The notes: generated by a model not told the origin, from the letters alone. A stretch of DNA of 62,401 bases, filler included, from an uncultured Gemmatimonadota bacterium (GCA_964490075.1; 3 parts of 3 records of this genome joined end to end with filler, not necessarily neighbours in it); one strand, 5' to 3'; positions 39,927-50,186 are shown, numbered from the whole stretch's first letter. A program made the numbers and translations.

Positions 39927-41612
39927 ATGCGCAGGTCGTTCGCAATCGTCGGCGCAGGACTCTCGATCGGCGCGTTCCTCGTTGGCTGTGAGCTCACTCC
40001 GAGCGAGCCGGGGAAAATCCGCCCCAACATCGATCCGGAGGTCTTCTTCCTCAACACCCACGCGAGCGTGATCGATACCACGGTCGAGGAGCTCGAGGAT
40101 TTCTTCGGGCGCACCTTCCTCGACACCACGCTGACGATCGTCCCCACCGAGGTCAGCTACTCCACGATCATCTCCTGGTACGGCACCGACTCCGACGGCT
40201 TCATCGACCACTACGAGTACGCCATCATGGCGGCCGGGGACAGCGTCTACAGCCCGAGCAGCTATGCCGCGCTGCTCTGGACCAGCGTGGTAGACAGCTT
40301 GTGGCAGACCGCCGATGCCACCAGCGACACGGTGCTCTTCGAAGCGCCGACGCTGCGCGATCGGCATCGGCTCTGGCTGCGAGCGGTGGATGACCGAGGC
40401 GGCCATTCACGCGTCAAATTCGCCGACTTCCTCGCCACCACCGATCCGCCCACGATCTCGCTGACCTGCACGCAAGACGACATCGACGCAGGCGCCTGCC
40501 CGACCGACTCGGTCTTCGCGCTGGGCGGCCAGACCCCCTCATGGCCCGGCATCACCTTCTCCTGGGAAGCGGAGGATCCGGACGGCACGGTTGCCGGGTA
40601 CGTCTTCTGGGTCGACGACGCAACTCGTTGGTGGACAGAGTCGACCTCGGTGACTCTGACCTACCATCTGCCGGCAGGCGATCACACCTTCTATGTGGTG
40701 GCGCGGGACAATGCCGGCGCGCAGACTCCAATCCCTGCCCGCCGTTTCGTGCACGTGGTGGTTCCCACCTTCACCGAGGATCTGATCATCGTCGCCGACG
40801 GCGACCACGATTGGGACAGCGGCATCCCCTTCCAGGACATGCCGATGACCAATGACCAGTATCAGGCCTTTCAGCGCGCCGCGGCGGTGGCCGCGGGCCT
40901 GACCGCGGACACGGCTCCTCCCGTGATCACGCCCGACGAGCTGAGCCACGATCTGCTCGCCGAGTACCAGACCATCTACTGGACCAACGACAACTCCACC
41001 ACCCTTTACATCGAGCAGTACGACAACATCACCGGCAATCAACATGCGAACCTGCTGCTGAATGCGCGCCTCCTCGACCAGTATCTGGGGGCCGGCGGCA
41101 ACCTGCTCTTCGCTGGATCGATGGCCGCGAGCATCGCCGCCGACAGCACCAGTCTGAAGGCCCAACTCGACTGGCTGGAGCCCTGGTTCGGGTTCGAAGG
41201 CTTCGATGCCGCGGGATCGACCGATGGACTCTATGCCGCAACCGATCCCGCCTACGAGAACCCTCTGCTCGACTACGACACCGACTGGGAGAGCACGCCC
41301 GGCCAGGATCCCCTGATCACCGGGCAAGGTGCCCGCTGCGGCCGCATCGCCGGTCTGACCGACTATGGGCCGGGCGTTCCCCTCTACTACGACGAGGCCG
41401 GCCAGATCGCGGCGCTCACGCGCCCGGGCAGCCACGAGACGGTCGGAGCGACCGGCCTGGTCCTCTTCCCGCTGATGAGCCAACTGCCGGTGTTCACCGA
41501 TCCGGCGGACTATACCGACGAGCCCTGGGACATCCTCGACGAGGACCAGCAGGGGCAGATCGTCGACATCTTGCGCGATGTCGCGGTGGGGATGGGGATC
41601 GGGCCTAGCTGA
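39927..41612 (+). CDS. Acidic Thr/Asp-rich lipoprotein with Ig/FN3-like segments
   Basis: Lipobox LVGC; repeated W.G.D.DG....Y ... H...LRAVD / V.ARDNAG units. Confidence 0.8.
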   Translation: MRRSFAIVGAGLSIGAFLVGCELTPSEPGKIRPNIDPEVFFLNTHASVIDTTVEELEDFFGRTFLDTTLTIVPTEVSYSTIISWYGTDSDGFIDHYEYAIMAAGDSVYSPSSYAALLWTSVVDSLWQTADATSDTVLFEAPTLRDRHRLWLRAVDDRGGHSRVKFADFLATTDPPTISLTCTQDDIDAGACPTDSVFALGGQTPSWPGITFSWEAEDPDGTVAGYVFWVDDATRWWTESTSVTLTYHLPAGDHTFYVVARDNAGAQTPIPARRFVHVVVPTFTEDLIIVADGDHDWDSGIPFQDMPMTNDQYQAFQRAAAVAAGLTADTAPPVITPDELSHDLLAEYQTIYWTNDNSTTLYIEQYDNITGNQHANLLLNARLLDQYLGAGGNLLFAGSMAASIAADSTSLKAQLDWLEPWFGFEGFDAAGSTDGLYAATDPAYENPLLDYDTDWESTPGQDPLITGQGARCGRIAGLTDYGPGVPLYYDEAGQIAALTRPGSHETVGATGLVLFPLMSQLPVFTDPADYTDEPWDILDEDQQGQIVDILRDVAVGMGIGPS

Positions 41613-41632
41613 ACCGGCGAGGGCGGTCGAAT

Positions 41633-41688
<56 letters not shown>

Positions 41689-41788
41689 NNNNNNNNNNNN
41701 NNNNNNNNNNNNNNNNNNNNNNNNNNNNNNNNTTAATTAATTAANNNNNNNNNNNNNNNNNNNNNNNNNNNNNNNNNNNNNNNNNNNN
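41689..41788. other. Artificial contig spacer
   Basis: N44-TTAATTAATTAA-N44. Confidence 0.97.
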
Positions 41789-41805
41789 TGTCAAAATCGG
41801 GCCGA

Positions 41806-43978
41806 TCACTGCGGCGGCCCCGAGTTGAGCACGATGCTGCCGGAGGTGACGGTCTCGGGCCAGAAGGTACGGTCCATGATCGCCTCCTGCACCTGCCCGT
41901 TGACGTTCTCCATGTAGCCGCTCAGCGTCACGTAGGGAACCATGTAGGGCCTGTCATCAGCCTTTGCCAGGGCGTCGACCAGACCCCAGGTTTGAGAATG
42001 CTCGGTGATGGTTGCATCGTCTTCGAACTGAATATCAAAAAACCGATACCAATTGTAGCCGGTGATGAATCGATGCGGTTTGCCGAGATCGGCCATCGCC
42101 TTGAGCTGCATGGTGGTGGAGACGTACGACGCGAAGTCGGAAGCCTGGGTGCCGGCATCGAAGGACTCGGGGTAGTGCCACTTGTCCTGCCCCTGGCAGT
42201 CATAGCCGTGGGCCAGACAGTTCGTCACCGGCGATTCCAGATCCTCATCGAAACAGCAGTCCCAGCCGCGCGCATGGTCCTTGTGGAAGCTGAACTCGCT
42301 GATGAAGAAGGGCTTCGGCTCCGGCAGTTGATTGTAGATCGGACGGAAGAAGGAGCCCAGTGACGATGGGCTGGAGGTGTAGACATTGAACGACATCACG
42401 TCGACGAACTCCGACGCGATTGCGAGGACCGCCGGGTAGAGCTCATCCGCGGTGCCGAGAAAGCGGTCGCTCAGGATCACGTGGCCTTCGTTCTCAGGCC
42501 CGACCTGCACATCGTACTCCTCGATCTTGTCGACGAATGTGGTGTAGAAGTGCTCGGCGAGGATCTTGATGAAGTACTCGGCGTCATCGACCAGCAGCAG
42601 CGCGCCCAGATCGACCTCGTACGGGGTCTTTTCGATGTCGTTGGGATCGGGCTCGATCAAGGGCGCGGTCTCCAGATCATCGGCGCCTTCGATGTACCAG
42701 TAGCCCTCTCCAGAGTCCGCGCAGCCTTCGCCGCAGTAGACCAGATGCCACTCCTCGAGGGTGTGCTCCTGGTACTCGTCGGTCAGCCAGCGGGCGTCGA
42801 AGGAGTTGAGCAAGCTGGTTTCCTCATCGCCGGTAAACGAGGTGATCGAGAAAGGAACGAAGGGTCCGAAGTTCGGGTACTCGGGTGGATCCCACCCGGG
42901 CGGCGCGGTGCCGGGTCGGAATGCGGGGCTGAGGTAGTCGTCGACCTCGGGGTAGAAGGCGTAGTTCAGGTTCCAGAGATGGACCGCATTGTCGGCCGTG
43001 GGATCGATCGTCACTTTGTAGTTGTAGTACTCCTCCATCGCCTCGGCGAACTTGTACCTGGCCTGCTCGTGGTCGTCTCTGTCGCCATAGGGAAGCAAGA
43101 GCAGATTCCTCAACCAGAAGCGCCGGCCGTGCACACCCTGCGCGTCGGCCTCCAGGGCCTTTGGCAGCATCCTGGTGTAGTGCCAGCGCAGCTCGGTCCC
43201 CAGCCACATGCCGAGCAGATTGGGATCGCTGCGCAGCCCCTGGTAAGCGTGCGGATTCGGATTGCCGGGGACGCACTCCTCTGGGTTTCCGCCGGGCTCG
43301 GGATCGCGCAACACCAGCTCGACGAGCATCTCCAGCCGATTGGTGTAGCCCTCACTCCAGATGTCGGGGGTGGCGCCGTAGCTGGTGTTGCTGGTGCCGA
43401 ATGCTCCGTCGACATCGATCTGCACGGCGTGCAAAGTGACCAGGTAGGGGATCTCCGGCTCGCCGTGGAGCGCCGCCTGCTGGTTCTGCCACTTGATGAA
43501 GCGGTAGTCATCGTAGACCGGCGGGTGGACCCACTCCGGGTTGCCCTGGTCGTTCTCGATGCAGTGAATCTTGTCGAAGTCGCGAGTGTCACCCGGATCA
43601 TCGCCTTCCGTGACATCCCAGTGGCTCTCACGCCCGATCGTGTTGATGGCGGCGTCGCGCAGCAGCACCCGGACATCCTCCGCCCATTCGAACCAAGGAT
43701 CGTCGTCCCCCGCCGCATAGGTCGTGCTCCAGTCCGGCAAATGCGCCAAGTTGTGCATCTCGATCTTGTCGATGGCAGTGGGCACGAAGGGGTGGCCTTC
43801 GGGGTCGAACCAGAGCCAGTCCTCGGACGAGGGGAGGCTGAAGTCGCGGTGTACATAGTAGAGGCCCGTCGCCGGGCCGTCCGCGTAGGTATCGTGGGTC
43901 TCGGCAGATGTGTTAGACACCACTACCAGAGAGAGAGAGAGAGAGAATCATCCCTCGGCACAAATCTTGCTTGCTCAT
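41806..43978 (-). CDS. Agarase-like (GH50-type, clan GH-A) glycoside hydrolase; signal peptide frameshifted at a (CT)9 tract (open frame 41806-43923)
   Basis: WLWFDPEGHPF, DPNLLGMWLGTELRW, HVILSDRF, VDVMSFNVY, KPFFISEFSF and GYNWYRFFD resemble GH50-like motifs. GAGGAG RBS precedes ATG 43978. Confidence 0.7.
43928..43945 (-). repeat. (CT)9 simple sequence repeat in the signal-peptide coding region
   Basis: agagagagagagagagag on the + strand. Confidence 0.95.
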
Positions 43979-44023
43979 GGCAATTGCTCCTCGATTGTGC
44001 GTGTTTGCCGTGCCTCGGTCGGC

Positions 44024-44052
44024 AGTGTTCCGGAGCGTTTCGGCACTGTCAA
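44024..44052 (-). promoter_or_regulatory. Putative sigma70 promoter of the GH gene, overlapped by an inverted repeat
   Basis: TTGACA-N17-AACACT about 45 nt upstream of ATG 43978; GGCAGTG/CACTGTC dyad. Confidence 0.4.
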
Positions 44053-44882
44053 CCGCTTTTTGGGCAAGCCGACGTCTCGATATTGCGCTTCTCGAGCGAC
44101 GCACTTCGCGAAGAACCGCGGGCCCAGCGGGAGTCCGCCGACCTCCGCGGATCCATCCGCGCTTGGACGGGGCGGTCTCGACAGGCGTTCTTCCCGTGCC
44201 CCTGCCCTTGCCCTGTACCGTTTCTCCCAACCTGGCCGGAGCCCCTGATAAGGGACAATCCGGCGGTGTCACCAACGACTCGACGCGCTTAGCGATGCGC
44301 AGACTCCGGAGAGCGATGGCGAGGAGTCGACTCCTGGGGAGCAAAGCGAAGAGCGCGACGTCGAGATCCTGCGTTCCTTGCCCGTGCCGGCCGGAAGCGG
44401 CGGGTGGCGGTCACGCGCCGCGCCTGTCACCCCCGGCTGCGCGATGCTCCGAACCGGCACCCTGTACGACCCCGCCCGCCGCCGCACCGCACCCCGGCGT
44501 CCCACGGCATAGACGATCGTCCGATCGCGAATCCCAGGGATTCCGTCCGGTCTCCGCCCCCGGAGTCGTGACGGAGCTCACCCTGGTGCGTGAGTGGATC
44601 GTTCCATCAGCGGTAGGGGCCGTCGAGCCTCTCGGGTGATCGGTGAAGGGAGGCGTTTGCCCGCTGCCGATGGGGGCTCCGGCCGTCCCATCGGGCGGGA
44701 GCCCCGCGGCGCGGCGCCGGGTCGGTCGCGGAAGCGGAGGCCCCTTCGGCGAAAGGGACTACGGGGCTGCAACAGATGCCGCGGTTGCCCGAGCAGGTAG
44801 GCATGCTCTCGAGCATTCCATCTGTCCAGCCGCCGGTGCGGTGCCACCGCCCGCGACCTGCCCCACCACGCTACCCTCCCCT

Positions 44883-45044
44883 CATGGATCCCTTGCTGCG
44901 AGGCGACCTGAGGGAGCTGATGGCCGATCGCTGTGGATCGAGTTCGTCGCCCGCACCCTGATCGATCACGACGAGATCGCCCCCTTCATCGACGATCTCG
45001 TCGCCGGCGTGGCTCGCGCGGCGCGAAGGCGAGGAGCCCCATGA
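44883..45044 (+). pseudogene. Probable C-terminal remnant of an MNT (nucleotidyltransferase) antitoxin
   Basis: LWIEFVARTLIDHDEIAPF-type tail whose stop overlaps the HEPN start; no intact N-terminal GS..DxD motif seen. Confidence 0.4.
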
Positions 45045-45623
45045 GCCCCACCGTCATCGCCCGCGAGATCGCCGAGATCGGCCAACGCGTCGATCGGGTG
45101 CGGGCGCTGCTCCCAAGCTCGGCGCAGGCCTCTCGGCGCCAGCGGACCGCGGCCGAGGCACTGATCCTCAGTCTATGCCTGGCGCTGCAAGGCGCGGCCG
45201 ATCTGGCGATGCACGGGGTCGCGACCCCGGGGCCTGGGCGTTCCGGGAGATGCACGGGACGCCTGCCAGCTCCTGGGAGATGCGGGGATTCTCGACGCCA
45301 CCCTGACCGAGCGCCTCGCGGCCTCGGTGGGCCTGCGAGACCGCATCGCGCACGAGCACGGCAATCTCGATCTCGATCTCGTCGACCAGGCGGCGCTCGA
45401 CGACTTGAAAGAGCTGGAGATCCTCAGCGCGGCCTTGGTGGCCCACTGCGCGAATACGGTGACGCACCGAGGGCGCCGATGCGCCGCGCTGGCAAGGCGC
45501 GACGACGAGTCATGGCCGGAGGCTATGGCGAGGAGGAGCAACGCAGCCAGCGAGGATGCAGCGGCGGCCGAATGCCACCGTATTTGCGAAGTGGGCCACC
45601 AGGCGACGGCCTTCGATCTCTGA
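45041..45623 (+). pseudogene. Frameshifted HEPN/DUF86 (HepT-like) RNase
   Basis: First frame ...ALQGAADLAMH, then a +1 shift near CCCCGGGG (45225-45232) to LGVP.DA....LL.DAGIL...GLRDRIAHEH (Rx4H). Homology ends at about 45445. Confidence 0.75.
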
Positions 45624-45683
45624 GCGAGCACCACGCTTCGCCAGCCATTGCGCGATTTGCCGACGTTGCCGAACCGTGGGTGC

Positions 45684-46358
45684 TCACCCCCGCGCGGCCG
45701 CGCCCGGAAAATGCTCCAGGATCCCCCGCAGATCCGGCCCGGGAACCGCCGCGTCGGCCACAGCGAGCAGCTCTTTGCAGCGGCTGTTGAAGGCGATCGA
45801 GAAGCCGGCGGCGCGGGCGATCGGCACGTCGTTGAAGGCGTCGCCGACGAAGGCGCAGCGCTCGACCGTGGTGGCGAAACGCTCGGCCAGCTCGCGCATC
45901 GCCTCGACCTTGCCCTCGAGGTCGAAAGGTGTCGCTTGCCAGCCGCCGATGGTGCCGTCGGCCTCGAAGTGGATCTTGTTGGTGAAGACCGCTTCGAAGG
46001 GATGCTCGGGGAAGACGTGGTCGAGGCCGACGTCGAGGGTGCCGGAGATGACCGCCAGGCGGTAGCCGCGAACGCGCAGCTCGGCGAAGGTCTGGTGGGC
46101 GCCCGGCGCGGGTGTCAGCTCGGCGATGGCATCGAGGATCTGGGCCCGCGTCGCCCCCCGCTCGCGCCAGGAGCCGACGTCGAGATCGACCCATTCGGCG
46201 TAGCTGATCTCGCCGGCGCGGTAGGCGCGGTAGCGCTCGCGGTTGATCGAGCGGTCACCGACGAAGTGGTCGTTGAGCAGCTCCCAGATCACCAGCTCGC
46301 GCGGGTGGTGCATGAGGGTGCCGTCGACGTCGAAGAGGATCAGGTCGTAGGGGCGCAT
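45684..46358 (-). CDS. HAD-IB phosphatase (phosphoserine phosphatase-like)
   Basis: FDVDGTL, ISG, K, VGDAFND. Confidence 0.88.
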   Translation of the reverse strand: MRPYDLILFDVDGTLMHHPRELVIWELLNDHFVGDRSINRERYRAYRAGEISYAEWVDLDVGSWRERGATRAQILDAIAELTPAPGAHQTFAELRVRGYRLAVISGTLDVGLDHVFPEHPFEAVFTNKIHFEADGTIGGWQATPFDLEGKVEAMRELAERFATTVERCAFVGDAFNDVPIARAAGFSIAFNSRCKELLAVADAAVPGPDLRGILEHFPGAAARG

Positions 46359-46399
46359 CGGGGGAGGGTAGCACCGGGGGAGCGGCGCGTGATGATGCC

Positions 46400-46442
46400 T
46401 GATGTGTCGAGTATTGACGCGCAGACATCAACGGACTAGCTT
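46400..46442 (+). promoter_or_regulatory. vapBC promoter with operator-like dyad
   Basis: TTGACG(46414)-N17-TAGCTT(46437); TGATGT/ACATCA inverted repeat flanks the -35. Confidence 0.55.
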
Positions 46443-46448
46443 GAACCC

Positions 46449-46691
46449 ATGCGCACCACACTCACCCTCGACGCCGACCTGGCCGCCGCTCTCAAGAAGC
46501 TGGCGCGGCGCAGCGGCACGACCTGGAAAGAGGTGGTCAACAGCACTCTCCGCAAGGGCCTCGACGCCACGCCGCCGGCCCGGCGGAAGCGCTACGAGAC
46601 ACCGGTGTCCGACCCGGGTCCCGCCGCCGTGCAAGGGATTCACGGCGTACACGAGCTGCTCGCGCTGGCCGAAGGCGACGACTACCGGTGA
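46449..46691 (+). CDS. vapB: VapB-like RHH antitoxin
   Basis: MRTTLTLDADL...VVN..LR.GL; 4-nt overlap with the PIN gene. Confidence 0.88.
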   Translation: MRTTLTLDADLAAALKKLARRSGTTWKEVVNSTLRKGLDATPPARRKRYETPVSDPGPAAVQGIHGVHELLALAEGDDYR

Positions 46692-47116
46692 TCCTGGTCG
46701 ACGCGAATCTCCTGCTCTACGCCCGGCTGGGCTCGTATGAGCAGCATCCGGCCGCGCACCGATGGCTCGACGAGAAGCTCAACGGCCACGCCGGCGTGGG
46801 ACTGCCCTGGGAGTCGCTGCTGGCCTTCCTGCGCCTCGCCACCAGCCCGCGCCTCTTTCCGCGTCCGCTGCCGATGGACCAGGCCTGGACCCAGGTGCGC
46901 GAGTGGCTCGCCCTTCCCAGCACCTGGATTCCCACACCGACCGAGTCTCACGAGGCCACTCTGGAGAGCCTGGTCCGGGGTCAGGGGCTGACCGGCAAGC
47001 TGCTAATGGACGCCCACCTGGCCGCTCTGGCCATCGACCACGGGCTGCTGCTCTGTTCGGCGGACCGCGATTTCAAGCGCTTCCCGGGGCTGCGCTTCGC
47101 CGACCCGCTCCAGTAG
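46688..47116 (+). CDS. vapC: VapC PIN-domain toxin
   Basis: ILVDANLLLYA, FLRLAT, DAHLAALA, SADRDF..F.GL...DP. Confidence 0.93.
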   Translation: MILVDANLLLYARLGSYEQHPAAHRWLDEKLNGHAGVGLPWESLLAFLRLATSPRLFPRPLPMDQAWTQVREWLALPSTWIPTPTESHEATLESLVRGQGLTGKLLMDAHLAALAIDHGLLLCSADRDFKRFPGLRFADPLQ

Positions 47117-47129
47117 CGGCGCCCTCCCG

Positions 47130-47897
47130 CTACCGGTGCGCCCCCGGCACCGGCGCGCAGTAGACCACGACGTGCACGGTGTCGGAGCCGGGCGCCAGGC
47201 TCAGGCCCTCGAGCTCGCGGCGCACCCCGGGGATCACGCTCTCGGTCATCGCGCCGACCAGCCGCGGCAGCTCCTCGGCGGCCAGAGGCATGTAGAGCGA
47301 GGTGACGAAGCGCTGATCGTCGGGCAAGAGCTCGTTGACCGCCGATGCGCGCATCAGCGTCAGGTAGCGGGCCGCCAGAGTCTGGTGGGGATCCTCGGCG
47401 AAGCGCGAGCGCGAGGCGCCGGCGCGGTAGCGCATAGGGCCGTCGGCCGGCTCGCGGATCAGCATCGGCGGATCGGAGTCGAGCATGGCGTCGAGCAGGA
47501 CCTCGAGGCTGCGGCGGGTCACGCCGTGGCGCCAGGCATGGGCGCGAGCGTGGTCGAGGATATCCTGGAAGTCACGGCCGCGCGTGCCGCAGTAGTTGCG
47601 GATGTCCATGTAGGCGGAGGCGATCGACATGGCACGGGTGCCGACCTCGTCGTCGTCGCGCGCCTCGCGCTTGAGATCGAAAACGCGCCGCACGGTGATG
47701 CCGAGACGCTGCGAGATGTCGGTGGTGCTGAGACCCATGCCGGCCGCTTCGCGGACCAGGGTGCGCGCCAACAGGGCCTTGAGCTCCGCCAGTCCGAGGC
47801 CGGCGCGCAGCACCTGGCGCGCCAGAATCCCGAGAGTCGCTCGGATCTCGCCGATCGAGGGTGGGGTCGCTGCTGCCTTCGCCGAGACCAGGCGCAT
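47130..47897 (-). CDS. Hypothetical HTH-containing protein (DUF6502-like N-terminus)
   Basis: LAR.VLRAGL...EL..LL...LV.EA....S...IS.RLGI..RRV pattern; coding-like composition. Confidence 0.6.
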   Translation of the reverse strand: MRLVSAKAAATPPSIGEIRATLGILARQVLRAGLGLAELKALLARTLVREAAGMGLSTTDISQRLGITVRRVFDLKREARDDDEVGTRAMSIASAYMDIRNYCGTRGRDFQDILDHARAHAWRHGVTRRSLEVLLDAMLDSDPPMLIREPADGPMRYRAGASRSRFAEDPHQTLAARYLTLMRASAVNELLPDDQRFVTSLYMPLAAEELPRLVGAMTESVIPGVRRELEGLSLAPGSDTVHVVVYCAPVPGAHR

Positions 47898-48132
47898 CGT
47901 CTCTGCTCCGAGTCACCGCCGGGCGGTCGGCCTGTTGGGGGGGGAACCGGTCTCCGCTGGCCGCGGCGGAGTGATTGTGCCATCTTCCGGTGTTTTCGCG
48001 CCTGCGAAATGCCGAGTGTCTCTTTGGATCATTAGTCCAAGATTCACCGCGCGTCTACCGCGCTTCCGCCTCTTCTCTAGCTCCGCCGATCCCGTGACCT
48101 CCACCCCATCTCCCGAGCCCGCCGCGGCGAGC

Positions 48133-49110
48133 ATGACGCGCCTCGATCGAGGCCCCGCGGCCGTGGCGCACGCGCCCGCCCCGGAGTCGACGATCGCCGG
48201 CGACGTGCGCGCGCATCTCGATTTTCCCTCGCGTCATACCGGCCAGGTTCGGGACGTTCTGGTCTACCTGCCGCCCGGCTACGACCACGACGCCCGCCGG
48301 CGCTATCCGGTGCTCTACTGCCAGGACGGCCAGAACATGATGGACGCGGCGACCGCTTTTCTCGGGGTGGAGTGGCGGCTGGACGAGACCCTCGAGAGCG
48401 GAATCGACCGCGGCGAAATCGCGCCCCTGATCGCGGTCTGCGTGGCCAACACGCCGGCCCGGGCGGAGGAGTACACGCCGGTGGTCGACCCGGTGGTGGG
48501 GGGCGGCCAGGCCGACCGCTACATCGCCTTTCTGCGCGAGGAGCTGATGCCCTTCGTGGACGCCTGCTACCGCACCCGCGGCGGTCCCCGGGCGACCGGA
48601 CTGCTCGGCAGCTCGCTGGGCGGGCTGCTGGCGCTGCACGGCGCGCTCGACCACTGGCGGACCTTCGGCCGCGTGGCGGCGATCTCGCCCAGCTTCTGGT
48701 GGGCCGCCGGTGAGATCCTCGACCGCATGGCGCGGGTGCGCCCGGGCGGCAATGCCCGGCTGTGGATCGACATGGGCACCCGAGAAGGGGGACAGCTCGG
48801 CCAGGCGATCTCGCCCGACCCGATGATCTACGCCGGACGCTGGGCCCGCGACTTGCTAGTGGCGGGCGGGATGCGCCTGGACGACGATCTGAAGTACGTC
48901 GAGGCGCCGTGCGCGGAGCACACCGAGGGGGCCTGGGCGGAGCGCCTGCCCTGGGTGCTGCGCTACCTCTTCCCGGGACCGGTCCCCACCGGCCTGCCCT
49001 GGTCGGCGCGGGCCGCACCGGCGAAACCCTGGTGGCTGACCGAGATCAGCAGCGGAGAGCCGGGGCGGAAGCGCAAGAGCAGGCGCGCCGCGCGGCGCCA
49101 GCGCAAGTAG
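48133..49110 (+). CDS. Alpha/beta hydrolase (putative esterase, Fes/IroE-like)
   Basis: VYLPPGY, YPVLY.QDGQN, GSSLGG nucleophile, DMGTRE, HTE.AW. Confidence 0.9.
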   Translation: MTRLDRGPAAVAHAPAPESTIAGDVRAHLDFPSRHTGQVRDVLVYLPPGYDHDARRRYPVLYCQDGQNMMDAATAFLGVEWRLDETLESGIDRGEIAPLIAVCVANTPARAEEYTPVVDPVVGGGQADRYIAFLREELMPFVDACYRTRGGPRATGLLGSSLGGLLALHGALDHWRTFGRVAAISPSFWWAAGEILDRMARVRPGGNARLWIDMGTREGGQLGQAISPDPMIYAGRWARDLLVAGGMRLDDDLKYVEAPCAEHTEGAWAERLPWVLRYLFPGPVPTGLPWSARAAPAKPWWLTEISSGEPGRKRKSRRAARRQRK

Positions 49111-49118
49111 GTTGGCGC

Positions 49119-50186
49119 TCAGCTTCCGCCCGTCGGCGCCTCGGCGGCGGCGATCTCGCGGATTCGATCGCTGACCCCGGGCAGCTCCGCGGCGGCCAGC
49201 TGCACGCGGTTGCGCCCCCCGCGCTTGGCCTCGTAGAGGGCCTCGTCGATGCGCCGCAACAGCAGCTCGGGCGCCTCCTCGGCGACGATCTGGCCGACTC
49301 CGAATGACGCGGTGATTTGCAGCGGGCGATCCTGGAACCAGAAGGCGGTGCACTCGACCTTCTCGCGGATCTTCTCGGCCATCAGCCGCGCTCCGCCGAG
49401 CAAGGTGCGCGGCAGCAGCACCGCGAACTCCTCGCCTCCGTAGCGGGCCACCACGTCGGAGGGACTGACGCACGATTCGGCCAGCTGCGCGACGCCGGCG
49501 ATGACTCGGTCGCCGGCCGGGTGCCCCTGCGCGTCGTTGATCTGCTTGAAGTGATCGATGTCGAGCAGCACGATCGAGTAGCTCTCACCCAGCGATTCGA
49601 AGCGGTCGTGCTGCCGGGCCAGGCGCAGGTCGAACTCGCGGCGGTTGGCGATCCGGGTCAGCCCGTCGGTGCGCGCCTCTTCGCGCAGCGACTGCAGCGC
49701 CTCCTCCTGCCGGGCCACGGTCTGGCGAGCCTCGCGCAGGTCGGCGCCGAGCTTCAGATTCTCGCCGATGATTCGGTCGATCTCGGCCTCCAGGACCTGC
49801 AGCAGATGCACCGGATCGTCGCTGTCCCGCTCGGCCAGGTCACGGCGCAGCGCACCCAAGCGCTGGGTCTGGGTCTCCACCGACTCCTGGGAGCGGGACA
49901 GGAGCGTGCCGAGGCTGGCGAAGGCCCGCCGCGCCGCCTCCACCTGGGCCTCGAGCTCGTGGACCTGGTCGCTGTCGGCGGCGTGCTCCGACTGCAGCCA
50001 AACGGCGATCGCATAGCCGACCAGAGCGGCGCTGAACGACGAGACGATGAAGGCGATCAGGTAGATCAAGGCGGTCGCCGGCGAGGTGAAGGTCCGAACC
50101 GCACACCCCGCTCGGTCGCCGCGAGTCGGGGCGAGCGAGCGGGCCTTTGGCCGGACGCCAAGGAAACGAACGATCCTCACCGTCAT
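49119..50186 (-). CDS. Membrane-anchored GGDEF diguanylate cyclase; start uncertain
   Basis: TM helix, coiled coil, TDGLT.IANRR, DIDHFK.IND..GH..GD, RYGGEEF; the I-site RxxD reads SxxD. Confidence 0.9.
   Translation of the reverse strand: MTVRIVRFLGVRPKARSLAPTRGDRAGCAVRTFTSPATALIYLIAFIVSSFSAALVGYAIAVWLQSEHAADSDQVHELEAQVEAARRAFASLGTLLSRSQESVETQTQRLGALRRDLAERDSDDPVHLLQVLEAEIDRIIGENLKLGADLREARQTVARQEEALQSLREEARTDGLTRIANRREFDLRLARQHDRFESLGESYSIVLLDIDHFKQINDAQGHPAGDRVIAGVAQLAESCVSPSDVVARYGGEEFAVLLPRTLLGGARLMAEKIREKVECTAFWFQDRPLQITASFGVGQIVAEEAPELLLRRIDEALYEAKRGGRNRVQLAAAELPGVSDRIREIAAAEAPTGGS

Noticed and set aside
43956-43971. Sigma54-like CGGCAC-N5-TTGCT on the + strand
   Set aside because: It is antisense within the hydrolase leader with no intact gene close downstream, so it may be chance.
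44060-44880. ORFs in the long intergenic region upstream of the hydrolase
   Set aside because: No recognisable motifs, RBS or codon bias; probably non-coding or decayed sequence.
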